Shown here: positions 37,599-50,719 of the stretch, piece by piece
Position numbering within the stretch: the first letter of the stretch is position 1
Layout: every line of letters starts with the position of its first letter
NCBI RefSeq assembly: GCF_964194155.1
Contig: NC_135896.1
Span: 97,526,001 to 97,590,000, forward strand
Reading direction: 5' to 3'
DNA: 64,000 nucleotides
From: Cetorhinus maximus
Lineage: Eukaryota
Position numbers and translations under genes: made by a program
Notes under the pieces: model-generated
What the model saw: the letters and a program-made list of their open reading frames with translations, nothing else
What the model was told of the DNA's origin: nothing
The model's database searches: none

Positions 37599-39459
37599 CC
37601 AAAGTGCCAGAACCATTAGGCTATTGTACCTACTACATTGCCTTGGTCATGTACATTACATGTCATTTTAAGAAACTGCTTTCATGTCAATAACAGTACA
37701 GTTTGTCCCACTTTCTCGTGTCACACCAGAGGAGATACTAAATAGGACAACAGCAGCATTTTCCGAAATATTATCTCATGAGGATTCAGATAGATGGAGG
37801 CCTGAATATTTATCGAGAAGTCTAGGTTGGTGTCAATTCTCCAATTTCTCTCTAATCAAAATACACACATTGTTTAAAAAGTTGAATAATTTCTGTTCAC
37901 TTGGCTAATTTGCAAATAAGTGAGATACTATATAGTAATAAACCCAACAAGCAAAATACACCAATAACACATGACCATTACAGGTGCTAGAGAGTTAAAC
38001 ATTTTTCAGGCAAGTAACATCACTAACATTCAATTATCTTTGTTCCATGTCTAGTCATTAAGCCCTTTTAAGCACATCTTCTACAATATTCACTGCATGA
38101 CCTATGTATGTATTTAAACTAAATTCCTCAATACAGACAGGCCAATAACCGGACCAGAACTACTTTCTTCACAGCAGTTCACAAATTTAGAAAAAATTAA
38201 GAAGTGCACCTCACTAATCTCACCAGTGGTATCCCCTGGGTGTAACCATGGCAACTCCATTTCCATGACCACCAAGTATTCTGTATCAGCGTATGTTCCA
38301 CCTCATATTCAACCCCCAAACTTATATAAATGCCACCTAAATAAAACGGAATTAAAAAATTCAACCTCAAAACTGGCCATGTTCCTCGAACCCGGGGACA
38401 CATAATTGTGAAGAGATTTTCCATGCTGTCGCAAATGGCGATTTAAATTTAAAAGGACATGGTCTTTATCTTAGAAGTTGGTGTTGTCTCCATTTTGCTG
38501 TTTTGTTTTCTTTCAATCTCCTCCTCTGTTGTACTTGCCTCTCCTTTTCCCATCTTTCTGGTGAGAGGTGGAGGCAGCATATGTCAGGGAAAGGAGATGC
38601 TACTGGATGCAGACTATATTTTTAGTAGGGGTTGAGGGGTTAAAAAAAAGGCTTTTAGGGGCTCCCTTCCAATCCCCTCAGGCTCTGTGCACCCCTAAAT
38701 ATTAACATGTGCTGAACCCCTCCTCCTACCCACTAAATCCCATCACTACCCCTAGCTCTCTTTGAACTATGCAGTCACCACTGTATCTACTCAGGCTTCT
38801 CACACTGCCGACATTTGTCTCATCCTCCACCCTCTAGTTACTATTCCTCACTTACTGCTTCCCAAGAACAGGTGGCAAAATGTCAGGGGTCCCTTAACCC
38901 TGTTGCCCTCCTACCCACTCCCTTTATCCTTTTCTGTCAAAACTTTCAAAACTCAATTTACAAATCTTTTAAAAAATAAATCAAATTAGAATGAGGAAAG
39001 ATCTTGATGAGTTGCATAGCATGCAGAATTTTTTCGCCAGGATCCCTGCCTGAAAGTCAGTCTGATTGACAAGCTTATCTTCCAGTTAGGTGGGGAGCAC
39101 TCCAGAGTAAGTCGCAGCCCCAGGCGTGTGGGTGTCTGCTCCCCACCCCTGGGAGGGATAAAGGGGCACTCCTGTCCCTCCTGGTTCACAGCAGTGCACT
39201 AAAGGCACTTACTTTTTCCCTGAAGCTACCCTGACCTCCCTTCAGCTGCCAGGGTTCCTGAGGCCTGGGGAATATAGACAAACAGGGTTTAAGCTGAAGC
39301 TGTCAGCCTCATTAAAATATTTAAATGGCCAAACAGACCCCTGGGAGCAGGCTGGCTGCCTGCTCCTTGTTTCATTACCATTAAACCTGGAAGTAGGCTT
39401 TTGAAGCAGATTGGGATGGGATTTAAGATTTTTAAAGTTCTAACTCCTCACCTGACCCC

Positions 39460-40330
39460 ATGTTGTGGCAGCCTTCTGTCATGTAAGATGGTTGTTTGTG
39501 CCGTGGTGGTGAACTCTGTGTTAAGCACTGCCTGGTGTAGCTCAGGAGCACCACTCTGGCATGGCACTCTCTGCATTTGCTGCAGAGGAAGGTGGAGAAG
39601 GTGTGCGATTTGCTGGCCTCTGTTTTCTCTGGGCCCTCCTCTCGGCCAGCCGAGCTTTTTGTTTCTGCTCGCCTCTTCCAATGCCCTTCCAAGCAGTCAG
39701 CCTCCAGAGGCCACGGCCGTCAGCGACTGTCTCCCAGTTGTCCGTGTCAAAATTGTTCAGCCTTTTCTCCTGCCTAGCATATGTTGTCTAGGTCTCGCCA
39801 TTGTAGAGGAGTGCACTAAGGTGTAGGCTTGGTAGACTCACAGCTTGATATTCTCAATCAGGTTGCTGCTGTTCCACTCTTTTACTCAGCTCGGACACAA
39901 CAGCTGCAGCTTTTGCAATGCGTGTGTTGATTTCAGCATGAAGTGACAGATTGCTGGTGATTGTGGAGCCTGGATACGTGAAGCTAGAAACAACCCCCAG
40001 CATCACACTGTCAGTGTTGATAGATGGCAGCACGATAACATCCTGGACTGTGACATGTGTTTTTCTGAAGCTGATGGTCAAACCATGCTTGATGGGTTCA
40101 GGCGGTATAGCATCAGCACCTGGAGCTTTTCTGATGGCAAGTGAGCCAATTGCTTTGCTAAGCTCCTCCACTGTGGGTTCAATATTCAGCTCTGCCATGA
40201 TGGGTAAGCTTTCTATGGTGCCTAGAGCTTCCTCGGTAGTACAACTCAAGGTGGTATTGCACCCATCTCTCCAACTGTTTATTGTAGTCAGTGATGACTT
40301 CCCCTAACTTTGTTTTCAATGGAGCCATTT
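39460..40330 (-). mobile_element. RTE-clade LINE fragment with internal deletions
   Basis: EPTVEELSKAI...KAPGADAIPPE; GLTISFRKTHV; EINTRIAKAAA. Confidence 0.8.
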
Positions 40331-40425
40331 TCTTAGCTGATGGACTTGTTGGTTTTTGACCCCTTCATACATATCCGACAAGAGCCAGGCTCGCTGAGAG
40401 TCAATCACTCAGAGAGAACCACTAT

Positions 40426-41173
40426 GGCCCAGATCTTCGGTTCTCCGGAGGGTCGTACCCCAGAGGTATTCCGGAAGATGCACTGGGGAACCCCTCGGAA
40501 CCCCCATGCACTGAATATGTGGGAATTGCTTGGGAAATTTCAACTTCCGATGGGCAATTCCCTTGTGTCTGGAGACTTCGGGTGGTTCCAACTCTCTTAA
40601 CAGAATAGTTACCCAGGGAAAGCTAGAAGGATTAAAACCACTCTTAACTCCTGGATAACTATGGTACTGACCACCTCGAACCCCCACTGGAACTTCACCC
40701 CACCCCCAACTACACCCTCTCCCCCCAACTCCCCAGCCACCCCTGGATCTGCTGACTGCCTGACTAAGCCCCCACCCCGACTACCACCCTCTCCACAACT
40801 AACCCCTCCAACCCCAAACCCCTGCACCACCCTGACCGACCACCCAACTATTCTCCTGATTCCCTGACTACCCCTGACCATCTGACTAGCTACCCCTCAC
40901 CCCGACCAATCTTAACCCCTCACCTCACCTTATGCACTTACCTTCTCTCCTGGAAAAGTGGCTGGGACATTTCATCTTTCCAGTTTATGGCAGATGGTGC
41001 AGTAAAAAGGGGCATGGCGTCACTAATCCTGATGATTCTGCACTGCACCGAGGAGCAGCTATGCTGTACGTTTCTCAGCAGGCCTAGGTTAGGGGTCTAA
41101 GTGAGAAGTGTACAGATCCAGACAAAGGTAAGGAAAAAGGGGCGGAGTGGCAATCGACTCCGAAAATTCAGCC
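40426..41173. mobile_element. Probable Harbinger-type MITE with a C-rich low-complexity core
   Basis: Ends GGCCCAGATCTTCGG / CCGAAAATTCAGCCC; TSD unclear. Confidence 0.45.
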
Positions 41174-41985
41174 CTGGACAATACTCATGCTTGTGTTGAT
41201 AAGTGGCAAATAACATTCACCACACAAGCGCCCGGCAATGACCATCACCAACAAGTGAAAATCTAACCGTCTCCCCGTGACATTCAATGGCATTACCATC
41301 ACTGAATCCCCCACTATCAACATCCTGGGGGTTACCAAAGACCAGAAACTGAACTGGACTAGCCATATAAATACTGTGGCTACAAGAGCAGGTCAGAGGC
41401 TGGGGATTCTATGGTGAATAACTCACCTCCTGATTTCCAAAGCCTGTCCATTATCTACAAGTAACAAGCCAGGAGTGTGATGAAATACTCTTCATTTGCC
41501 TGGATGAGTGCAGCTCCAACAACACTCAAGATGCTCAACACCACCCAGGACAAAGCAGCCACTTGATTGGCACCCCATCCACAAACATTCATTCCCTTTA
41601 CCTCCACTGCATAGTGCAGCAGTGTGTGTACCATCTAGAAGATGCACTGCAGCAACTCACCAAGGTTCCTTAGACAGCACCTTCCAAGCCTGTGACCTCC
41701 ACTATCTAGAAGGACAAAGGCAGCAGACACATGGGAACACCATCACCTGGAATTTCCCCTCCAAGTCACTCACCATCCTGACTTGGAAATATATCGGCCG
41801 TTCCTTCACTGCCTCTGGGTGAAAATCCTAGAACTCCCTCCCTGACAGCACTGTGGGTGTATCTACACCACATGGGCTGCAGCGGTTCAAGAAGGCAGCT
41901 CACCACCTTCTCAAGGGGCAATTAGAGATGGGCAATAAATGCTGGCCTAGCCAGCGACACCCACATCCCGTGAATAAAATGAAAA
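41174..41985 (+). mobile_element. 5'-truncated copy of the tRNA-headed LINE
   Basis: Matches 49987-50775. Confidence 0.9.
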
Positions 41986-42084
41986 ACCATGTTGCTCTCG
42001 CAGGGGAAATTTCGGAGGAAACGTGTGAGCAAGGTCTAGGCTTTGCTGCAAGGAACTCGCTATATGACAGAACACCAATAAATG

Positions 42085-42780
42085 GTTCAGAATATGCTCT
42101 CTCCATCCACTTCTCGATTCAAGCAGGACCAGTTAACCTCATGCTCCAGCCCTGTGCTCCACTACAAAGATGAAATGCCAGTTCAATGAGAAGCTTGACA
42201 TGGCCATCAGCAAAATTCCCAAGTCAGGAAAATCTTTACATCCTGGAGGATTTCGAGGGGAGAGTGTGCGTGGACCATGAGGCATGGCCGTGCTGCTTCA
42301 GACATCACAGCCTGGAAAAGATAAATGAGAATGGGCAGAAACTACTTGAGCTTTGCTGCCACCATAAGCTTTGAGTAACTAACACCTTCTTTCAGAACAA
42401 ACCAGGCTGCAAGGAGTCCTGGAGACATCCACCATCAGGGCATTGCCACCCGCTGGATCTGACCATCACTGGACGTGACTCTCTGAGCAACATTCTCAAT
42501 GCACACAGCTACCACAGTGCGGGCTGTGATACAGATCACTCCCTGCACCAGAGTTAACACATAACCCTTGAAGCTTTTTCATTCAAAGCAGAAATACTGT
42601 CCTTGTATCGATGTCAGCCATACTGCCTACCCAGCTAAAGACCACCAGTTCCTCAACTCGATTCAACGGGTGCTCTCCGGCGTTCCCACGCAGAGTGCAG
42701 GAGTGAATATGGAACATACTTCGAAGCACCATTTACAATACTGCACTCTCAACAAATGGGAAGCAAGAGCCGGAAGATGC
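42085..42780 (+). mobile_element. RTE-clade LINE endonuclease fragment
   Basis: LYILEDFEGRV...INENGQKLLELCCHHKL, TNTFFQNK. Confidence 0.8.
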
Positions 42781-43049
42781 TAAAATACAAGCAAAAAATA
42801 CTGCAGATGCTGGAAATCTGGAATAAAAACAGACTCTGCTGGAAAAACCCATCAGGTCGATTCGTGGCTGAACGAGAAGGCTGCTCACAAGCTGCCCCGC
42901 CCCAGAATTGGGGCAGAGGCAGGGAGGTGGTGGGGTCCGCAACTGGTACTCTCCTGCTTGGTGAAATGCTCTCCCGCCACGAGACTTGCCATCTGGGAGG
43001 GGCATTAAATTCCACCCAATGTATCATTGTTTAAAAAAAGGAGAACGTG

Positions 43050-43598
43050 ACGGGTTAAGTATTCATAGGGCATTCAGCCTAATCTCAGTGATGGGCAAAT
43101 TATTGGAAAAAATCCTGAGGCACAGTACTGATTGTCATGTAGAAAGATGGGGATTAACCAACAACAGTCAACATGGATTTCAGGTAAGGTCATGTTTCAC
43201 TAATTTGATTACATTTTTTGAGGAGTGAACAAGGGGATGACAATGAGGGCAACATGTTTGATATAGTCGACGTGGATTTTAGCAAGGCTTTTGACAATGT
43301 GCAACATAGCAAACTGGCCAGAAAGATAAGAGCCCATGGGATTCAAGGAAAAGTAGAAAGTTGGATCTAAAATTGGAGGATTGGCAGGAAGCTAAGGATA
43401 ATGGCCTATTAGTGTTTTTGTAACTTGGTGGCTGTTTCCAATGGAGTTCTATGCAAATCAATACTGGGTCTCTTGCTTTTTGTGGTATATATCAATGATT
43501 TAGATTTAAATGGAGCAGAGATAATTAAAAAGTTTGTTGATGATATAAATAGTGGACGTATTGTTGATAGTGAGGAAGAATGCTGTAGACTGCAGGAA
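43050..43598 (+). mobile_element. CR1 RT fragment
   Basis: SLISVMGKLLEKIL; SQHGF; LLFVVYINDLD; KFVDD. Confidence 0.8.
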
Positions 43599-44765
43599 GC
43601 TGAACAACACTTAGGACATAGCAGCCAACATGCTTAGCACCCCATCTGCCATCTTAAACATTCACTCCCTCTGTGTTGTTAGGGCTGCACTCACCCAGGC
43701 AAGTGGAGAGTATTCCATCACATTCCTGACTTGTGCCTTGTAGATGGTGGACAGGTTTTGGGGAGACCGGAGATGAGTTATTGAGAATTTCCAGCCTCTG
43801 ACCTGCTCTTGTAACCACAGTATTTATATGGTTAGTCCAGTTCAGTTTCTGATTAATACTAACTGCCACCACCACCCACCCCTCCCACCCCACAAGGATA
43901 TTGATGGTGGGGGATTCAGTGCTGGTAATGTCAAGAGGCGATAGTTAGATTCCCCCCTGTTGGACATGGTCATTGCCTGACACTTGTGTGCCTTGAATGT
44001 TACTGGCCACTTACTAGCCCGAGCCTGAATATTGTCCAGGTCTTGCTGCATGTGATAATGGCCTGCTTCAGTAGCTGAGGAGTCACGAATGGTACTGAAG
44101 ACAATGCAATCATCAGCAAACATCCTCACATTTAACCTCATGATGGAGGGAAGGTCATTGATGAAGCAGCTGAAAGTAGTGGGGTCTGGGACACTGCCCT
44201 GAGGAACTCCTGCAGTGATATCCAAGGGCTGAGATGTTTGGCTTCCAACAACCACAACCATCTTCCTTTGTGCTAGGTATGACTCCAACCAGTGGAGACA
44301 TTTTCACTGATTCCCATTGTATTCAATTTTGCCAAGACTCCTTGATGCCACAGTCAAATGCTGCCATGAAGTCAAGGACAGTCACTCTTAGCTCATCCCT
44401 AGAGTTCAACTCCTTTGTTTATATTTGGATGAAGGCTTCGATGAGATCAAATGCTGACTGGTCCTTGCGGAACCCAGACTGAGCATTGGTGTGCAGGTTA
44501 TTGCTAAGTAAGTGCAACTTGATAGCGCTATCAGTAACACCTTCCATCGCTTTGCTGTTAATTTGATGGCAGACTGATGGGGTGATAACTGGGCGGATTG
44601 GATTTGTCCTGCTTTTTGGGGGATAAGTTATACCCGGGCAATTTTCCACATTGTGTGGAACAGCTTGACTTAGGTACTTGCTAGTTCTGGAACATAAGTC
44701 TTCAGTATACAGCTGGGATGCAATCAGGTATCCAGTGCCTTCAGCCATTCCTTGATGTCATGTGA
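43596..44765 (-). mobile_element. Fragment of the tRNA-headed LINE; the segment 43596-43670 is inverted
   Basis: ESYLAQRKMVVVVG...GVPQGSV...FADDC on the minus strand. Confidence 0.85.
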
Positions 44766-46654
44766 ATAAGGCCGAGAGTGTATAAAATTCAAGTAGAATT
44801 CACATTTGAAGCTAAATGTAATTTTTATTTCATTTCAAGGCTATTGATTTGCTTTTGGAACTGAAAATACAAACATCGTATTTAACAATGTCACACTGAA
44901 TATGCTTTACCTATCATGCGAATAATGAATGGCCCAGGTGTATCATTCTACCTTTTATTTCCTTTCAGTTTGTTCAGCCAACTTTCATAAAACATTTCTA
45001 GGATGATCTTTAGGCAAATAAAATTAAATTTTGATGGATCTATTCAGCATAGCTAGTGGACTTGGTTCTACATAGGGGAATATTATCAGCTTTAATACCC
45101 ACTATCAACCAATCAGGTTTCAACCTTATATTATTTATCAGGTAAAGAAGTCAGTGAAATAATTTTTTTAAATCCTTCCAGCAAAGGCATATTTACTGAC
45201 CCATGAAGTGGAGCACAGTGAAGATATCAACCATCACAATAAGTAATAACATTCCATTCTGACTGCTAAATGTGATTGAATTAAATATCTCCACACCATT
45301 GATTCAGACCACAAATCATAAAAGAAATGAAATAGAAGATTAACTGTTTAAACTCGTATCCCATGGTGAAGTTATTTAATGTAGCACCGGTCTCTCATTA
45401 TAATACCAATGCAATGATGAGGTCACCTTGTTGAGTTTACTCTATCTCCTCGATGACATTCATTCATTCATAAATTACTAAAATGCACCTGGAGTTACAT
45501 TATATCATGCTGTCTGTCATAATGCATTGCTAATTAAAGTATTATTTCACTGGTTTGTATAATATGCTGGCACTGTTTATAAATGTAATCAGTTCTATCT
45601 ACTTTCTCTGTAGCATTCAATTATTAGAGATCACTTAATATGAATCCATTCACTGCCACAGACAATGAACAAATAGACTTAAATCATCATCTTAGCTGAG
45701 TTCCAATGTAATGCACTTTGTTTTGAGACATATCTAAAGCTTGAAGTCTGGAGAAAACCTGGAAGCATTCTCCTTACATGACCTAAAGAGTTTCCTTTTT
45801 TTTCCTTTGTGCTTTTACATTCTTAAGCAAGGAAGTAGGAAAACAGTTTAAGATATTTTGACAAAGATTAAGAAATGAAAATTGTTCTAATCGGGCTGAG
45901 GCAAGTGTTAGCATTCACTTTAAAGTTGCATTTCTGAAATGGATTATAAATTGACCATTCTGATTCCTGCTTTGATCTCCATATTGCTTTTTAATTGAAG
46001 GTATTGGCAGCTGGTCTGTTACTGCAGGGTTTGCATCTCCAGTTATAATGCAGTTGGGCTGAACATTAGGGCCCAAGATAGGATGAGGGGCCTTGGAGTT
46101 CCACAAATTTACACCAACAGCATATCAGTTGTGCCCATTGATGGCCTGGAGAGGTACTTATACCAGGATTTTGTGGGTTAGCTAATTTTATTATCCATTA
46201 CAACAATGATGGATTTAAAATTGGAATCACATGATAGGCTGCATGGAGAATGGAGCACAGCCTCTAACACAACAGTTATAGCTGAAGATTGCAACAGCAG
46301 CTTTGGGAGTTTGGCAAATAAGTAAGGAACAGTGTTAACTATCATAACAGAATGTCTTATTATTGTTACTGTAACACACTCTGCAAGCATGTCAGACACA
46401 AGAGAATGTAATGGTTGCAGAAAGGCATGACACAGAGGGAAACAGTTCAGTCTTGACCTTCAGAAGATGCTAAATGAAATTGTCTTGCCTGTGAACTCAG
46501 TGATGTATGTCCAACATGCAAACTCTTGTCAAAATGGTCATGTACAAGGAGATGGCACTGGCGCAAAGTGCCAACTGCCTTATCCCCAGGTCTGCAGACC
46601 ACTGTTAGAAAAGGTTTAATGAGCTGACCAGGGCAGGCATGGTAACATATACAC

Positions 46655-46995
46655 AAGAACATGAGAAATAGGAGCATGGAGCGGACCATATGTCCTATCA
46701 GGCTTGCTCAGCCATTAAATATGATCATGGCTGATCTTGGGCTTCAACTCCACATCCCATGATTCCCTGAGAGATCAGAAGTGTGTCTGTCCCAACCTTA
46801 AATACATTCAATGATGGAGCCTCTGTGACCCTGGAGAGCTCCCAAGGTTCACAACCCATTGAGTGAAGAAATTTCTCCTCATCACAGTCCTATATGGTCA
46901 TTCCCTTATCCTGAGGCTGTACCTCCGTGTTCTAGATTCTTCAGCCAAGGGAAACAATGTCTCAGTGTCTACCCTGTCGAACCCTTCAGAATCTT
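46655..46995 (-). mobile_element. CR1 3' end
   Basis: 3'UTR shared with the other CR1 copies. Confidence 0.75.
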
Positions 46996-46999
46996 ATCG

Positions 47000-47584
47000 C
47001 GGTAATGAACATGGAGATGAAGTCAGAATCAAGCCAACCCAAGGGCTCCTGATGAGACCTCCTGGCCCACGTTCCACTGCTCTAACCTCTATAAACTCAG
47101 TCCCTTTATCCTTCCATCACTTTCTCAGATGCTTCAGCTGGGCGAAATAGATAGCGAGGAAATTGCAGTAAGTGACTTATAGAGCTTCAGGAAACTGGGT
47201 GAGTGAGGAACAGATGAGGATGCTCCAGCTTCTCATCAGAGGTTGAGGAGAAGCCTGCTCAGGCCTTTCACAGCTGTGTGACCCAGGACTCATAAATATT
47301 CATCGGAAAAGGAGGATGTTTGAGGTACATTGTACTTATGTAAGGCTCTGAGGCAAGTCACTGGTGATCTATGGCAAATGACTGATGTCAAGTCCATAGC
47401 TCTTGATTATGGTAACACCATTGAAGCCCTTTCATTGTGACAGGCGCTAATGGAGTGCTTCAGCTTAATGGAATCATCCACACGCCCCAAACAAGATGCA
47501 GCTGGGGACAAGTCGATGCCTTCAATTCCACGGAAGCAGTTCTGGTGGCAGCATGAGAGAGAATAGACAACACCTCATGTTCCC
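47000..47584 (-). mobile_element. Possible decayed RNase H-bearing LINE (I/Nimb/Ingi-like), continuing at 50782-51238
   Basis: Minus strand 47292-47252 reads *VLGHTAVKG.EQA, resembling RNase H WVPGHxGIxGNExAD. Confidence 0.35.
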
Positions 47585-47668
47585 GGGGAGGCGATGGCGT
47601 AGTGGTATTACCGCTGGACTAGTAATCCAGAGTCCTGCTCTGGGGACCCGGGATCGAATCCCGCCATG
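47585..47668 (+). promoter_or_regulatory. tRNA-like Pol III internal promoter (A and B boxes)
   Basis: A box TGGCGTAGTGG 47595-47605; arm CTGGA-CTAGTAA-TCCAG; B box GGATCGAATCC 47651-47661. Confidence 0.8.
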
Positions 47669-47952
47669 GCCGATAGTGGAATTTGAATTCAATAAAAAAA
47701 TCTGGAATTAAAAGTCTAATGATGACTGTGAAACTATTGTAGATTGTTGTAAAAACTCATCTGGGCAGGAAGGAAATCTGTCATCCTTACCTGGTTCTGG
47801 CCCACATGTGACTCCAGACTCACAGCAATGTGGTTGATTCTGAAATGGTCTAGCAAGCCACTCAGTTGTACCAAACCGCTACAAAGACACAAAAAAGGAA
47901 CGAAACCGGACGGACCACCCAGCATTGACCAACCTAGGCACTGGAAACAACA

Positions 47953-50719
47953 ATGGCAATCGCAGCCTGTCGACCCTGTAAAGTCCTCCTTACTAACATC
48001 TGGGGGCTAGTGCCAAAATTTGGAGAGCTGTCTCGCAGACTAGTCAAGCAACAGCCTGACATAGTCATCCTCACAGAATCATATCGGACAGATAATGTCC
48101 CAGACATCACCATCCCTGGATATGTCCTATCTCACTGGCAGGGCAGAGGTGGCGGTACAGTGGTGTACAGTCAGGAGGGGGTTGCCCTGGGAGTCCTCAA
48201 CATCGACTCCAGACCCAATGAAGTCTCATGGCATCAGCTCAAACATGGGTGAGGAAGCCTCCTGCTGATTACTACCTACCGCCCTCCCTCAGCTGATGAC
48301 TCAGTGCTCCTCCATGTGGAACATCTCTTGGAGGATGCACTGAGGGTGGCAAGGGCACAGCATATACTCTGGATGGGGGATTTCAATGACCATCACCAAG
48401 GGTGGCTGGGTATCACCACTACTGACCGAGTCCTATAGGACATAGCTGCTAGACTGGGTCTGCGGCAGGTGGTGAGGGAACCAACAAGAGGGAAAAACAT
48501 ACTTGACCTCATCCTCACCAACCTGCCTGCCGCAGATACATCTGTCCATGACAGTATTGGTAGGAGTGGCCATCGCACAGTCATTGTGGAGACAAAGTCC
48601 CACCTTCACATTGAGGATACCCTCCATCGTGTTGGGTGGCACTACCACCGTGCTAAATGGGATAGATTTCAAATAGATCTAGCAACCCAAGACTGGGCAT
48701 CCATGAGGTGCTGTGGGCCATCAGCAGCAGCAGAATTGTACTCGAACACAATCTATAACCTCATGGCCCGGCATATCTACCACTACCATCAAGCCAGGCG
48801 ATTAACCCTGGTTCAATGAAGAGTGCAGGAGGGCATGCCAGGAGCAGCACCGGGCATACCTAAAAATGAGGTGTCAACCTGGTGAGACTATAAAACAGGA
48901 TTACTTGCATGCTCAGCAACATAAGCAGCAAGTGATAGACAGGGCTAAGCGATCCCACAGCCAACGGATCAGATCTAAGCTCTGCAGTCCTGCCACATCC
49001 ATTTGTGAATGGTGGTGGACAATTAAACAGCTCACTGGAGGAGGAGGCTCCACAAATATCCCCATCCTCAATGATGGAGGAGCCCTGCACATCAGTGCAA
49101 AAGGTAAGGCTGATGCATTTGCAACAATCTTCTGCCAGAAGTGCTGAGTGGATGATCCATCTCAACCTCCTCCGGAGGTCCCCAGCGTCACAGATGCCAG
49201 TCTTCAGCCAATTAGATTCACTCCACTTGATATCAAGAAATGGCTGAAGGCACTAGATACTGCAAAGGTTATGGGCCCTGACAATATTCTGGCAATAGTA
49301 CTGAAGACTTGTGCTCCAGAACTTGCTGCGCCCCTAGTCAAGCTGTTCCAGCACAGCTACAACACTGGCATCTACCCGGCTATGTGGAAAATTGCCCAGG
49401 TATGTCCTGTACACAAAAAGCAGGACAAATACAACCCGGCCAATTACCACCCCATCAGTCTACTCTTGATCATCAGTGAAGTAATGGAAGGGTGCTATCA
49501 AGTGGCACTTGCTTAGCATATAACCTGCTCACTGATGCCCAGTTTGGGTTCTGCCAGGGTCACTCAGCTCCTGACCTCATTACAGCCTTGGTTCAAACAT
49601 GGACAAAAGAGCTGACCTCCCGAGGTGAGGTGAGAGTGACTGCCCTTGATGTCAAGGCAGCATTTGACCGAGTGTGGCATCAAAGAGCCCTAGCAAAACT
49701 AGAGTCATTGGGAATCAGGGGGGAAACTCTCTGCTGGTTGGAGTATTACCTAGCACAAAGGAAGATGGTTGTGGTTGTTGGAGGTCAATCATCTTAGCTC
49801 CAGGCCATCACTGCAGGAGTTCCTCAGGGTAGTGTCCTTGGCCCAACCATCTTCAGCTGCTTCATCAATGACCTTCCTTCCATCATAAGGTCAGAAATGG
49901 GGATGTTTGCTGATGATTGCACAATGTTCAGCAGCATTTGCGACTCCTCAGACACTGAAGCAGTCCATGGACAAATGCAGCAAGACCTGGACAATATCCA
50001 AGCTTGGGCTGACAAGTGACAAGTAACATTTGCGCCACACAAGTGTCAGACGATGACCATCTCCAACAAGAGAGAATCCAACCATCGCCCCTTGATGTTC
50101 AATGGCAGTACCATCACTGAATCCCCCACTATCAACATTGACCAGAAACTGATCTGGACTAGCCATTAAATACTGTGGCTACAAGAGCAAGTCAGGGGCT
50201 AGGAATCGTGCGACACGTAACTCACCTCCTGACTCCCCAAAGCCTGTCCACCATCTACAAGGCACAAGTCAGGAGTGTGATGGAATACTCACCACTTGCC
50301 TGGATGAGTGCAGCTCCTACACTGAAGAAGCTTGACACCGTCCAGGACAAAGCAGTCCGCTTGATTGGCACCACATCCACAAACATTCACTCCCTCCACC
50401 ACTGACACACAGTAGCAGCAGTGTGTTCCATCCACAAGATGCACTGCAGGAATTCACCAAGGCTCCTTCAACAGCACCTTCCAAACCCAGACCACTACCA
50501 CCTCGAAGGACAAGGGCAGCAGATACATGGGAACACCACCACCTGGAAGTTCCCCTCCAAGTCACTCACCATCCGGACTTGGAAATATATCGCCGTTCCT
50601 TCACTGTCGCTGGGTCAAAATCCTGGAGCTCCCTTCCTAACAGCACTGTGGGTATAACTACACCACAGGGACTGCAGCGGTTCAGGAAGGCAGCTCACCA
50701 CCTTTTCAAGGGCAACTAG
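47953..50719 (+). pseudogene. APE endonuclease-reverse transcriptase ORF with stops and frameshifts
   Basis: LTNIWGL, DIVILTES, GDFN, PTRGKNILDLILTN, GPDNI, NYHPISLL, QFGF, LDVKAAFDRVWH, GVPQGSVLGP, FADD. Confidence 0.92.

Noticed and set aside
47585-47668. Functional tRNA-Thr(AGT) gene
   Set aside because: No convincing acceptor stem or downstream terminator; it is the head of a repeated retroelement.
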